A DNA stretch of 64,000 nucleotides, taken from positions 421 through 64,420 of the forward strand of contig JAFTIH010000031.1 of assembly GCA_017456985.1 (NCBI GenBank). The letters run 5' to 3'. Of this stretch, positions 45,767-55,562 are shown piece after piece. The first letter of the stretch is position 1. Every line of letters starts with the position of its first letter. The notes beneath the pieces are model-generated. The model saw nothing but the letters and a program-made list of their open reading frames with translations. It was not told where the DNA came from and ran no database searches. This DNA comes from Clostridia bacterium. GTDB taxonomy: Bacteria > Bacillota > Clostridia > Oscillospirales > CAG-272. The position numbers were made by a program, and so were the translations under genes.

Positions 45767-47249
45767 ATTTTTTGGCAAAGTCAATGACGGACGCGGGCAT
45801 ATCGGCGGCGTTCATCGTCGTATCGAAGCGGACGGTGCGCGTGCCGATATTTGCCAAAGGTGCGGGGATCTCGGCTCCCGTCAGTGCGGAGAGCTCGTCA
45901 AGGGCTTCGAGTTCCCCCGAAGCATCCTTATCCGTCAGCGCGCGGTAAACGGAGCTCGCAAACTTGAAGGGGCTTGCCGTAGAGGCGAGAATGATGGGAC
46001 GCTTGGAGTCGGTCGCCGCAAGGTGTGCCTTGGCGGCGTGATAGCCGACGGCGGTGTGCGTGTCGCAAAGATAGCCGTGATTTTCATAGGCGTCACGGAT
46101 CGCGGCGGCACAGTCCTCTTCGCTCGCATAGTAGCCGACAAATACGTCCTTGATTTTAGCGATTTCGTCATCTGCCAGAGAATAAACGCCTTTTTCGTTC
46201 AAATCTTTCATATAAGCCGCGGTCTTTTCTTCGCCGCAAACAAGGTAAAGAAGGCGCTCAAGATTGCTGGAAATCAGAATATCCATCGAGGGCGAGGTGG
46301 TGGTGTAGAAATGACGGTTGCGGTCGTACGTGCCGCTTGCTAAGAAGTCGGTCAGGACGTTGTTCTTGTTGGAAGCACAGATCAGCTTTTCAAGCGGAAG
46401 TCCCATCTCCTTGGCAATGTACGCGGCAAAGATGTTGCCGAAATTGCCCGTGGGGACGCAGACGTCCACCTTGTCGCCGAGCACGATCTTGCCCATCTTG
46501 ACCATATCGCAATAAGCGGATACGTAGTAGGCGATCTGCGGGGCAAGACGACCCCAGTTGATGGAGTTTGCGCTCGAAAGGAAGACGCCGTTTGCGTCCA
46601 GCTCCTTGGCGATCGCGGCATCGCCGAAGATCTTCTTGACGCCCGTTTGCGCATCGTCAAAATTGCCGATGATGGCGGAAACGTCAACGTTTTTGCCCTC
46701 TTGGGTCTGCATTTGCAGCTTTTGCACGCGGGAAACGCCGTCCACGGGATAAAAGACCTTGATCTTGATCTGCTCGACGTCGCGATATCCCTCAAGAGCC
46801 GCCTTGCCCGTGTCACCCGAGGTAGCAACGAGAATGAGCGCCTCGCGGCTCTCGCCCGTCTTGCGGAGTGCGCGGGACAGCAAGCGGGGCATAATTTGGA
46901 GCGCCATATCCTTGAAGGCGCAGGTGGGACCGTGCCAAAGCTCGAGCGAAACGATCTTGCCGTCAATATCGTGAAGGGGTGCGGCGCCGCCGGGGAAGCG
47001 CTCCTCGGAATAGGCGGCACAGGTATCCTCGTGGATCTCTTGGATGGAGTAATCCGTCAGAAATTTCGCGAACACGTAGGTAGCGCGCTCCGCATACGAG
47101 CATTCGATCAGCTCTGCAAGCTCCCCGAGGGAAAGCGCGGGGATGGATTCGGGCATAAAAAGACCGCCGTCGGGAGCAAGTCCCGTCTTGATCGCCTCTG
47201 CCGCGCTGACGAGAGCGCCGTTTTTGGTTCTTGTGCTTTTGTACTGCAT
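45765..47249 (-). CDS. thrC: threonine synthase (long form)
   Basis: 494 aa, MQYKSTR... N-terminus, PLP-lysine region HGPTCAFKD. Confidence 0.92.
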   Translation of the reverse strand: MQYKSTRTKNGALVSAAEAIKTGLAPDGGLFMPESIPALSLGELAELIECSYAERATYVFAKFLTDYSIQEIHEDTCAAYSEERFPGGAAPLHDIDGKIVSLELWHGPTCAFKDMALQIMPRLLSRALRKTGESREALILVATSGDTGKAALEGYRDVEQIKIKVFYPVDGVSRVQKLQMQTQEGKNVDVSAIIGNFDDAQTGVKKIFGDAAIAKELDANGVFLSSANSINWGRLAPQIAYYVSAYCDMVKMGKIVLGDKVDVCVPTGNFGNIFAAYIAKEMGLPLEKLICASNKNNVLTDFLASGTYDRNRHFYTTTSPSMDILISSNLERLLYLVCGEEKTAAYMKDLNEKGVYSLADDEIAKIKDVFVGYYASEEDCAAAIRDAYENHGYLCDTHTAVGYHAAKAHLAATDSKRPIILASTASPFKFASSVYRALTDKDASGELEALDELSALTGAEIPAPLANIGTRTVRFDTTMNAADMPASVIDFAKK

Positions 47250-47279
47250 AGTTGGTTCCTTCCTTATGTATGATGCGTC

Positions 47280-47708
47280 TTAACGTGTAAAGGCGCTTTT
47301 GATGTGATGAATATGGGTTAATCGGTGCTTTTCGGTGAGATAGACCTCGATCACGTCAAAGCGAAACTGCATATTTTCTTTTTTGTGGCGATGGTAAAAG
47401 GTCGTCGCCGCGGCGATCAGATGCCGTTTTTTATCGGCGTTCACCGCGATGGCGGGTCTGCCGAAGGGCGTTTGCTCGCCGTAGCTCTGTACGCGTGTCT
47501 TGACCTCGCAAAAAACGTAATGCGTCTTGGTTTTGGCAATCAGGTCGATCTCATTTTTTCCCGAGGTAAAATTGCGGCACTCGATGCGGTAGCCGTGTCG
47601 GCGAAGATAGCGCTCGGCATATCGCTCGCCCTTTTTGCCTGCTTTTAAGTGCTTTGGCGTTTTGCCTCGCCCGCGCAGGGCGTCTTTCAGTCGCTCAAAC
47701 ACCGTCAT
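47280..47708 (-). CDS. yraN: YraN-family (UPF0102) endonuclease-like protein
   Basis: GERYAERYLRRHGYRI...EIDLIA...VFCEVKTR motif pattern. Confidence 0.85.
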   Translation of the reverse strand: MTVFERLKDALRGRGKTPKHLKAGKKGERYAERYLRRHGYRIECRNFTSGKNEIDLIAKTKTHYVFCEVKTRVQSYGEQTPFGRPAIAVNADKKRHLIAAATTFYHRHKKENMQFRFDVIEVYLTEKHRLTHIHHIKSAFTR

Positions 47709-48304
47709 TCGTCCAAAAATTTCAAAAAGGAGCGTCGGTGGATGGGCGAAGGACCGATCTTGCGCAGGATCTCCATATGGAGCGCCGTAGAATAGCCCTT
47801 ATGCTTGGCGAACTGATATTCGGGGTAGGCTTTGTCATCCTCAAGACAGATGCGGTCACGCGTCACCTTGGCAAGAATGCTGGCGGCGGCGATAGAGCAA
47901 GAGATCGCGTCCCCCTTGATCACGGTTTGGGTAAAAATCGGGAAATCGCGCGCGATATTGCCGTCGATAAGCGCGGCATCCGCAGGGACGGAGAGCGCGG
48001 CAACGGCACGCCGCATCGCGAGCATCGTTGCGTTCAGAATGTTGATCTCGTCGATCTCGGCGGGCGAAGCGGAAGCGATCGCGTACGCCAAGGCGTTTTC
48101 TTTAATGGTATCAAAGAGCGCGTCGCGCTTCTTGGGCGAGAGCTTTTTGGAGTCGTCAAGCCCTTCAATTTGTAGACCCGGGGGGAGAATGCAAGCGGCG
48201 GCAACGACGGGGCCCGATAACGGTCCGCGACCCGCTTCATCCACGCCGCAAACGGCAGTATAGCCCTTTTCATATAGCGCCAGCTCAAGAGAAAAATCAG
48301 GCAT
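47705..48304 (-). CDS. rnhB: ribonuclease HII
   Basis: ATG at 48304 (MPDFSLE...), then GVDEAGRGPL and DSKKL motifs. The track's longer N-terminus overlaps rbgA. Confidence 0.92.
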   Translation of the reverse strand: MPDFSLELALYEKGYTAVCGVDEAGRGPLSGPVVAAACILPPGLQIEGLDDSKKLSPKKRDALFDTIKENALAYAIASASPAEIDEINILNATMLAMRRAVAALSVPADAALIDGNIARDFPIFTQTVIKGDAISCSIAAASILAKVTRDRICLEDDKAYPEYQFAKHKGYSTALHMEILRKIGPSPIHRRSFLKFLDE

Positions 48305-48308
48305 ATCG

Positions 48309-49175
48309 TTATCCTTTCGGGAACTCAAGAGAGATCCGTCCGATTTTTGCACTGCGGAATTCTTCGAGTAAGGTCTTGGCAGTTCTCGCCTCATCCACGA
48401 CGCCGCCCGACATCAAGCATCCGCGTCGGCGTCCTACCGTGAGGAAAAGATCGTAAAGATCTCCCTCGTTAAGCTCCTCCTCGGAAAGACGGTAGCGCTC
48501 TGCAAAAAGAAGAGGGTAGTGCTCGCGCAGTCTGCCGCCAAGGATCATAGCGATCTCTTCAAGATTCAGGATGCTGTCCTTGATCGCACCCGTGATCGCG
48601 AGGTTTTCGCCCGTTGCCGTGTCGTCAAACTTCGGCCAAAGCACGCCCGGCATATCCAATAGCTCAAGCCCGTCCTTTGCAGTGACCCATTGCTTTTGCA
48701 CCGTGACGCCGGGACGGTTCTCTGCCTTTGCCTTCTTGCTTCCCGCCATATGGTTGATGAAGGTGGATTTTCCTACGTTGGGGATGCCGACCACCATCGC
48801 ACGGATGGGGCGTCCCGTCATACCCTTTGCCTCGTAGCGGGCAAGCTTCTCGGATAAAAGGGTACGGATTGCGGGCAGAAGCTTAGACACTCCCTCGCCC
48901 GTGATCGCGTCGTAGGGAAGCCACGTCTCCCCCCTAGCTTCGCGTGAGCGGACCCACGCCTCGGTTGCGACGGGGTCAGCCATAGAGGATTTGGATAAAA
49001 GCGTTAAAATCGGCTTCGTGCCGAGAATTTTTTTAATTTCGGGGTTCCGCGAGGATAGGGGGATGCGCGCATCCAGAATTTCAATGGTGAGATCGACCGA
49101 GCTGAGACATTCCTTCATCAGTCGGCGCGTCTTCGCCATATGTCCGGGGAACCATTGGATCACACCCGATGGCAT
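48309..49175 (-). CDS. rbgA: ribosome biogenesis GTPase A (YlqF)
   Basis: Circularly permuted GTPase with IQWFPGHM, an NKSD-equivalent and GIPNVGKST. Confidence 0.92.
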   Translation of the reverse strand: MPSGVIQWFPGHMAKTRRLMKECLSSVDLTIEILDARIPLSSRNPEIKKILGTKPILTLLSKSSMADPVATEAWVRSREARGETWLPYDAITGEGVSKLLPAIRTLLSEKLARYEAKGMTGRPIRAMVVGIPNVGKSTFINHMAGSKKAKAENRPGVTVQKQWVTAKDGLELLDMPGVLWPKFDDTATGENLAITGAIKDSILNLEEIAMILGGRLREHYPLLFAERYRLSEEELNEGDLYDLFLTVGRRRGCLMSGGVVDEARTAKTLLEEFRSAKIGRISLEFPKG

Positions 49176-49189
49176 AACCTTACCTGCCT

Positions 49190-49762
49190 TTACTTGACGA
49201 TTCCAAAAGAAGAAAACGGAGCAATGCGGAAAAAGACCCTTCCCACAACGGTGCGGGTATCGACCGTTCCGAAGTCCTCGCTGTCGTAGGAAATGGGGCG
49301 GTTGTCGCCCAAAACGAAGATCTCGCCCTCACCAACGGTCAAGCGAACCGTTCGGTAGCCCGCGTATGGAACGACCGTGTACCCCAAGGAGCCGTCCGAC
49401 TCGTTCAGTTTTTCGCCGTTGATAAAAACGCCGCTTTTGTCAACCAGCACCGTGTCACCCGCGATGGCGATCACGCGCTTGACGATGGCGTTTCCGCCGT
49501 CGATAGCGGGATCCTGGATGATGACGATGTCGCCGCGAGATGGCGTATAAAAGAGGTCGGAAACCAAAAGTCTGTCTCCGCTTGTCAGTGTGTTGTTCAT
49601 AGAGTCGCCATCTACGACGGTGATCCGTGCAAAGACGGTAAAGAAAAGCAGAATGACGGATGCGGCGATCGCGAGAAGCTCAACGAAGCCAAAGATCTCC
49701 TTGATGGGATCCTTTTTTTCGGGGGCGTCCTTTTGTCCCTGTGTCAGGAAGTTTTCGTCCAT
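49190..49762 (-). CDS. lepB: signal peptidase I
   Basis: N-terminal TM segment, SMNNTL (catalytic Ser), KRVIA (Lys) and GDNRPISYDS motifs. Confidence 0.92.
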   Translation of the reverse strand: MDENFLTQGQKDAPEKKDPIKEIFGFVELLAIAASVILLFFTVFARITVVDGDSMNNTLTSGDRLLVSDLFYTPSRGDIVIIQDPAIDGGNAIVKRVIAIAGDTVLVDKSGVFINGEKLNESDGSLGYTVVPYAGYRTVRLTVGEGEIFVLGDNRPISYDSEDFGTVDTRTVVGRVFFRIAPFSSFGIVK

Positions 49763-49980
49763 GGTTTCCTCCTATTTTGAATGACTGACGGCAAGCGAGC
49801 CGCCAAAAAATACTTTTCATATTATTATAGCACAGTGCCGAAATAAAATCAATAGCTTTCTATGGAAAATATCCTTATTTTTTTAGTAGTTTTTTTACGT
49901 TTGGGGTTGATTTTCCCGAAGAACTGTGCTATATTGTATGGGGCAAGTCCCACAATACTATAAGACCGAAGGGCAAAAAA

Positions 49981-51030
49981 ATGAAAAAGAACGTTGTAGT
50001 GATCGGATACGGCGGAATGGGTGGAAATTTCCACGCGGCGCGCGCTTTGAAGAGCGACGTCTTAAATCTGCTCGGTGTTTACGATATTGATGAAAAACGC
50101 TGTGCCGAGGCACAGGAAAAGGGAATTTTCGTTTACGATTCCTTGGACGCGGTGCTGGCTGACGAGCGTGTTGAGATCGTGATCGTCGCAGTACCGAACG
50201 ACGACCACCTCGGCATCGTCGTGCGCGCTCTCGAAGCAGGGAAGCACGTGGTTTGCGAAAAGCCCGTAGCGCTGTCGCTTGACGAGCTGGATCAGATGAT
50301 CGCGGCTTCCAAGAAGAGCGGCAAGCTCTTCACCGTTCACCAGAATCGTCGCTTTGACGAGGATTTCCGTCTGATCAAAAAGATCGTTGACGAGGGCGTC
50401 ATCGGCGCTCCCTTGCGCATTGAGTCCCGCGTTCACGGCTCCCGCGGCATTCCGGGTGACTGGCGCGGTATGAAAAAGCACGGCGGCGGTATGATGCTCG
50501 ACTGGGGCGTTCACCTGATCGACCAGGCGCTGCAGATCATCAAGGAGCCCATCTCTAAGATCCATTGCACGATGACCAACTATACCAATAAAGAGGTGGA
50601 CGACGGATTTTATCTGACGATCACGTTTGCCTCGGGCGTGGAGTATTACGTCGAGGTTGGTACCTACAACTTCATCTCGCTCCCCCGCTTCTATATGAAG
50701 GCGGAGAACGGCTCGGCAATGATCCGTGACTGGCTGGGAAGTGCTGAGATTTCCAAGTGCAAGTATTGGTACGAGGGTGAGGTCAAGCCCGTGCAGACGG
50801 CGGCAGGTCTTACTAAAACGATGGCGCCCCGCGACATCGTTTCGACGGAGAATTTTGAGATCGAGCCCGAGAAGTTTGACGTGCACGATTATTTCCGCAA
50901 TTTCTGCCGCGCTATTGACGGAGAAGAAGAGATGCTCGTCAAGCACGACGAGGCTCGTCTTGTGATGCGTGTGATGGAGCTTGCGTTCCTCTCCGCGGAG
51001 CAGGGAACGACGGTGGATTTCAGCTTCTGA
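49981..51030 (+). CDS. Gfo/Idh/MocA-family NAD(P)-dependent oxidoreductase
   Basis: Rossmann N-terminus VVIGYGGMG, EKP motif (VVCEKP) and a C-terminal alpha/beta dimerisation domain. Confidence 0.85.
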   Translation: MKKNVVVIGYGGMGGNFHAARALKSDVLNLLGVYDIDEKRCAEAQEKGIFVYDSLDAVLADERVEIVIVAVPNDDHLGIVVRALEAGKHVVCEKPVALSLDELDQMIAASKKSGKLFTVHQNRRFDEDFRLIKKIVDEGVIGAPLRIESRVHGSRGIPGDWRGMKKHGGGMMLDWGVHLIDQALQIIKEPISKIHCTMTNYTNKEVDDGFYLTITFASGVEYYVEVGTYNFISLPRFYMKAENGSAMIRDWLGSAEISKCKYWYEGEVKPVQTAAGLTKTMAPRDIVSTENFEIEPEKFDVHDYFRNFCRAIDGEEEMLVKHDEARLVMRVMELAFLSAEQGTTVDFSF

Positions 51031-51054
51031 AATCCTAAAAAAAACAACGAAAAA

Positions 51055-51081
51055 AGCGTTGCTTCGGCAACGCTTTTTTTA
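51055..51081. terminator. bidirectional intrinsic terminator
   Basis: AGCGTTGC-TTCG-GCAACGCT flanked by an A-run and TTTTTTT. Confidence 0.85.
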
Positions 51082-51114
51082 TGGAAAAATGCAAGAAAAA
51101 CGAGCAATAAAAAA

Positions 51115-51588
51115 TCACTGAAAACGACTTTGATATTCTTCTTCTGCCTTCGATTTTCTGTCGATTTTGCTCGATTTAGACGAGCTGCCGAGGAGCTTGC
51201 GGACCAGCAAAAAGATACCGAAGAAGAGGGCGTAAAGCACCGTGAAGATCGCGACAAAAACGAGGACGACCGAGGGGGTAAGCGTCACCAGCTTCCCAGC
51301 CGCGATGAAGGTGATGAAAAAGGACAAAAGGCAGCACGCGTAGTGGCACAGAAGGTTGACGGCGCGGGGGAGTGGCATTCTGAAAAAGTAGGATGCTCCC
51401 GAGAGCACGAGCGAGAACAAAAGGAAGAGCAAATACTGTGAAAACGAGATGCCAAGCTCTCCTTCCATACGGATATAAGCGGCGATCTGCGCAACGGTAA
51501 AAAAGAGAAGCGAGATGCCAACGCAGATGGCGCAAGCGCGACCGACGAGGGTGTAAATGACGGATTTGATCTTCATAAGCTTCCTCAC
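51115..51588 (-). CDS. 4-TM membrane protein, unknown function
   Basis: 157-aa hydrophobic ORF with a basic/acidic C-tail and a terminator directly downstream. Confidence 0.55.
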   Translation of the reverse strand: MRKLMKIKSVIYTLVGRACAICVGISLLFFTVAQIAAYIRMEGELGISFSQYLLFLLFSLVLSGASYFFRMPLPRAVNLLCHYACCLLSFFITFIAAGKLVTLTPSVVLVFVAIFTVLYALFFGIFLLVRKLLGSSSKSSKIDRKSKAEEEYQSRFQ

Positions 51589-51725
51589 GACTGTTTTGAT
51601 AGATCAAGCATAGCACAATTTTGGAAAAAAAGCAAGAACAAAGGCGTAAAAACATAAAAAAGCCTCTTTATTTTTCGTGGGAGCCGAGAAAATCGTAAGA
51701 AATTCGTAAATTTTGATGCAAGAAG

Positions 51726-51755
51726 TTGACAAACCGCTTATTTATGTTATATAAT
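51726..51755 (+). promoter_or_regulatory. sigma-A promoter of the nusB operon
   Basis: TTGACA (51726-51731), an 18-nt spacer, then TATAAT (51750-51755). Confidence 0.7.
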
Positions 51756-51796
51756 AACTTTTGTATAAGATTTTAACACGTAAAGAGGATATGACT

Positions 51797-52222
51797 ATGA
51801 CAAGACGTGAAGAACGCGAAGAAGCATTTTTGATGCTGTTCGAAAAGGAGTTTGCTCCCGAGAAATCCCCCGAAGAGATCTACGGCGACGCCAAGGATGC
51901 CCGCGACGTCGAGGACTCGGATTACATCCGCGCGGTGCTTGCGGGTGTATCGGAGCACCGCGCAGAGCTTGACGAGCTGCTTGACGCGCACGCACACGGC
52001 TGGAAGCGCAACCGTATTTCGGGCGTAGCGCGCGCCGCAATCCTTTTGGCTTGCTACGAGATGCTCTATATGGCAGACGTGCCTACCCGCGTTTCGCTGA
52101 ATGAGGCGATCGAGCTGATGAAAAAATACGACGAGGACAAGGCGCGCGTTTTCGTGAACGGCGTGCTTAACGCCATTTCCCGTGACGAGCGCGTTCTTGC
52201 CAAGCGGAACGAACAGGCATGA
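51797..52222 (+). CDS. nusB: transcription antitermination factor NusB
   Basis: RREEREEAFLMLF..., the W..NRISGV..AILLACYEM pattern. ATG at 51797 has the best SD spacing. Confidence 0.9.
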   Translation: MTRREEREEAFLMLFEKEFAPEKSPEEIYGDAKDARDVEDSDYIRAVLAGVSEHRAELDELLDAHAHGWKRNRISGVARAAILLACYEMLYMADVPTRVSLNEAIELMKKYDEDKARVFVNGVLNAISRDERVLAKRNEQA

Positions 52223-53175
52223 GCGGTTGTTTCTTAGGCATTGATACGAGCAACTATACGACTTCCGTTTCCGCGTTTTGTGAAGGAGAGCTGCTCTTTA
52301 ATCTGAAAGCCCCTCTTCCCGTAAAGGACGGGGAGTGCGGCCTTCGCCAGTCGGACGCGCTGTTTGCTCACGTCAAAAATCTGCCATCGCTCTTTGAAGA
52401 GGTGCGCGCGCGTTTGGGCGGTGCGCCCTTGATGGCGGTCGGCGTTTCCGCGAAGCCGCGAAATGCCGAGGGCTCTTATATGCCTTGCTTTTTGGCAGGT
52501 GTCGCCGTGGCACAGGGCATTGCGGCAAGCGCCGATGTGCCGCTGTATCACTTTTCCCACCAGTGCGGCCATTTGCGTGCGGCGCTTTATTCTTCGGGAA
52601 TGGATGCGCTCGTGGACAAGCCGTTTGGCGCCTTTCACATTTCTGGCGGCACGACCGAGCTTTTGCTCGTTACGCCTGACGGGGAAGGCTTTCATACCGA
52701 GATCGTGGGCGGCACGCTTGACTTAAATGCGGGACAGCTCGTGGACCGCATCGGCGTGATGCTGGGGCTTCGTTTTCCCGCAGGACCCGCACTCGAAAAG
52801 CTGGCACAAGACTGCTCGACACCCCCCATCCGCAAGCCTGTGCGGACGAGCGACGGCTTTATCCACCTTTCGGGTGTCGAGAACCTTGCGCGCGCCGTTT
52901 TTGAAAAGGAAAAGAATGCCGCGGCGACGGCACTGTTCGTCGAGGACCATCTTGCACGCGCCGTGATCGCGATGAGCCGCGATTTTCGTGCAAAGCATCC
53001 GCTCCCGCTCGTATATGCGGGGGGCGTGATGTCCAACGCCTACATCAAAAACGCCGTTTTGGCGGCAGTGGAGGACGCCCACTTTGCCGAGCCCGCCTTT
53101 TCCGCGGATAACGCGGTGGGCATCGCGCTTCTGACGGCGGAGCGCTTTCAAAAAGAATCTGCTTTGGATGCCTAA
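52219..53175 (+). CDS. TsaD/Kae1-like ASKHA-fold (peptidase M22 family) paralog, function unknown
   Basis: GIDTSNYTTSV phosphate-1 motif, HQCGH (encoded at 52558-52572, equivalent to the TsaD HxxxH metal site) and GGV.SN near the C-terminus. The start overlaps the nusB stop (ATGA). Confidence 0.65.
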   Translation: MSGCFLGIDTSNYTTSVSAFCEGELLFNLKAPLPVKDGECGLRQSDALFAHVKNLPSLFEEVRARLGGAPLMAVGVSAKPRNAEGSYMPCFLAGVAVAQGIAASADVPLYHFSHQCGHLRAALYSSGMDALVDKPFGAFHISGGTTELLLVTPDGEGFHTEIVGGTLDLNAGQLVDRIGVMLGLRFPAGPALEKLAQDCSTPPIRKPVRTSDGFIHLSGVENLARAVFEKEKNAAATALFVEDHLARAVIAMSRDFRAKHPLPLVYAGGVMSNAYIKNAVLAAVEDAHFAEPAFSADNAVGIALLTAERFQKESALDA

Positions 53176-53208
53176 GGAGCATAAAAAAGGATAGAAAGGA
53201 GACGCGCG

Positions 53209-54444
53209 ATGACGGCATACGGGGCGGCAACCGCCGCACTCACGGTGACCGCACTCAACACGCTCGTTCACGACGTGCTTGAGAGCAACGATATTTTTTC
53301 CCATATCGCCGTGCGCGGCGAGATCTCCAATTTCGTCCATCACCGCTCGGGACACCTGTATTTCTCCTTGAAGGATGAAGGGAGCCTCGTGCGAGCGGTG
53401 ATGTTCCGCGCCGCGGCGTCCCGCTTGGCTTTTACGCCGCAAAACGGGATGAAGGTGGTCGCTTTCGCTTCCTTGACCACCTATATCAAGGATGGACAGT
53501 ATCAGCTGATCGTCAGCGCGATGGAGCCCGACGGACTCGGCGCGCGTTATATGGAGTTTGAGGAGCGCAAGCGCCGCCTTGCGGCAGAGGGACTTTTTGA
53601 TCCTGCACGCAAGCGTCCCTTGCCCAAGATCCCATCCCGCATCGGTGTGATCACCTCTCCCACGGGCGCGGCGGTGCGCGACGTGATCCGTATTCTCGGA
53701 CGGCGCTTTCCCTTTGCCGAGGTGCTTTTATATCCCGCACAGGTGCAGGGCGCAGGCGCGGCGCAAACGATGATCGCGGGGCTTGCCTGCTTTGCCAAAA
53801 GCATTCCCTGTGACGTCATTATTTTAGGGCGCGGCGGCGGCTCTGCCGAGGACCTTTGGGAGTTTAACGACGAAGGGCTTGCTCGCGCCGTTGCCGCTTC
53901 TCCCATTCCCGTGATCTCGGCGGTAGGACACGAAAGCGATTTTACCATCTGTGACTACGTTGCCGACGTGCGCGCCGCGACCCCTTCTGCCGCGGCAGAG
54001 ATCGCCGTTCCCGAAACGGCGGAGCTGCTTGCGCACTTTTCAAACCTGACGGCGCGCATGGGGCTTTTGTGCGAAAAGCGCATCAAGCGGGAAAAAGAAC
54101 GGGTGCAAGCCCTTTCTGCACGGCGCTTCTTTACCGATCCCGAGGGACTTTACAGAGAACAGCGCTTGCGTCTTGATTCGCTTTCGCGCTCCTTGGAGTA
54201 CGAAACGACGCAAAAGCTGACGTGCGCCCGCAGTGCGTTATCCACGGTGGGGGCAAAGCTCGACGCCCTCAGCCCGCTTTCTATCCTTGCCCGTGGCTAC
54301 GCCGTCGTGACCAAGGACGGACATCTCGTCAAGCGCGCGGGGGATATTCCCGAGAACGATACGTTTTCCGTTCGCTTTGCGGACGGCGCTATCATAGCAA
54401 AAAAGATAGGAGATCTTTTCGATGACGAACAATCAAACGACTGA
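53209..54444 (+). CDS. xseA: exodeoxyribonuclease VII large subunit
   Basis: N-terminal OB fold (GEISNF..HRSGHLYFSLKD), GVITSPTGAA and GRGGGS.EDLW motifs. Confidence 0.93.
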   Translation: MTAYGAATAALTVTALNTLVHDVLESNDIFSHIAVRGEISNFVHHRSGHLYFSLKDEGSLVRAVMFRAAASRLAFTPQNGMKVVAFASLTTYIKDGQYQLIVSAMEPDGLGARYMEFEERKRRLAAEGLFDPARKRPLPKIPSRIGVITSPTGAAVRDVIRILGRRFPFAEVLLYPAQVQGAGAAQTMIAGLACFAKSIPCDVIILGRGGGSAEDLWEFNDEGLARAVAASPIPVISAVGHESDFTICDYVADVRAATPSAAAEIAVPETAELLAHFSNLTARMGLLCEKRIKREKERVQALSARRFFTDPEGLYREQRLRLDSLSRSLEYETTQKLTCARSALSTVGAKLDALSPLSILARGYAVVTKDGHLVKRAGDIPENDTFSVRFADGAIIAKKIGDLFDDEQSND

Positions 54445-54655
54445 AATGAGCTTTGAAACGGCGCTGGCGCGCTTAGAGCAGATCGTTCACACCTTAGAGG
54501 AGGGAAGCGGGGATCTGGATGCCGCCTTGAAGGCGTTTGAGGAGGGGATTGCTCTCGTGCGCCTTTGCAGTGAAAAATTAGAGGGCGCAGAGCAAAGGGT
54601 CAAGCTGCTGCTCGCGGATGCAAACGGCGTAAGTGCCGTCCCCTTTGAAGGATAA
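54422..54655 (+). CDS. xseB: exodeoxyribonuclease VII small subunit
   Basis: SFETALARLEQIV..LE.G..LD helical hairpin. The start overlaps the xseA end by 23 nt and has a GGAGA SD. Confidence 0.9.
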   Translation: MTNNQTTEMSFETALARLEQIVHTLEEGSGDLDAALKAFEEGIALVRLCSEKLEGAEQRVKLLLADANGVSAVPFEG

Positions 54656-54681
54656 TATCGAGAGGAACGCAGGAGCTTTTT

Positions 54682-55560
54682 ATGGATATCAAAACCAAAC
54701 TGTTGGCATCTGCCGAAAAGGTGGAGAACTTTTTGAGCCACCTTCTTACCACGGATGACAAGGATATTATTTCGCTGTACGCCTCCATGCGATACAGTAC
54801 GATGGCGGGCGGCAAGCGCATCCGTCCCTTCCTGACTCTTTCCGTTGCCGAAATGCTGGGCGCACGCGCGCAGGATGCCGTTTATTTTGCGGCGGCGGTG
54901 GAAATGGTACACACCTATTCCCTCATTCACGACGACCTGCCCTCGATGGACAACGACACCCTTCGTCGGGGCAAGCCCACGAACCACGTGGTTTACGGAG
55001 AAGCGACCGCGACGCTTGCGGGGGATGCGCTTCTTACGGGCGCCTTCGAGCTGATCTGTGCCGCGCCGCTTCCCGACAAGGCAAAGCTTGAGGCGGTGCG
55101 CACGCTTAGCGAAGCGGCGGGTGCCGAGGGCATGGTCGGCGGGCAAATTATGGATCTTGCCGCCGAGGAAAAGGAGATCTCTTTAGAAACCCTCTTAAAG
55201 ACGCATTCGCTTAAAACGGGCGCGATGATCACCGCCTCGGTGCGTCTTGGAATGCTTGCGGCGGGTGTTACGGATGAAGAAACGCTTCACGCCCTCACAG
55301 CATACGCAAGATATCTGGGGCTTGCGTTCCAGATCGTGGACGACGTGTTAGACGCCGTTGGCGACGAGCAGACGCTGGGCAAGCCCATCGGCAGCGACAG
55401 CGAGCAGGGAAAAACGACCTTCTTGCATTTCTTCACGCCCGAAGAGGCAATGCAATACGCAGAGCGGCTGACCGAGAGCGCCAAGGCGGCGATCGCACCC
55501 TTTGCGGGGAACGAAACGCTGACCGATCTTGCGGATTATCTGCTTGCGCGACGAGCATAA
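54682..55560 (+). CDS. ispA: (E,E)-farnesyl/geranylgeranyl diphosphate synthase
   Basis: First DDxxD motif (LIHDDLPSMDND) and second (QIVDDVLD). Confidence 0.9.
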   Translation: MDIKTKLLASAEKVENFLSHLLTTDDKDIISLYASMRYSTMAGGKRIRPFLTLSVAEMLGARAQDAVYFAAAVEMVHTYSLIHDDLPSMDNDTLRRGKPTNHVVYGEATATLAGDALLTGAFELICAAPLPDKAKLEAVRTLSEAAGAEGMVGGQIMDLAAEEKEISLETLLKTHSLKTGAMITASVRLGMLAAGVTDEETLHALTAYARYLGLAFQIVDDVLDAVGDEQTLGKPIGSDSEQGKTTFLHFFTPEEAMQYAERLTESAKAAIAPFAGNETLTDLADYLLARRA

Positions 55561-55562
55561 CG

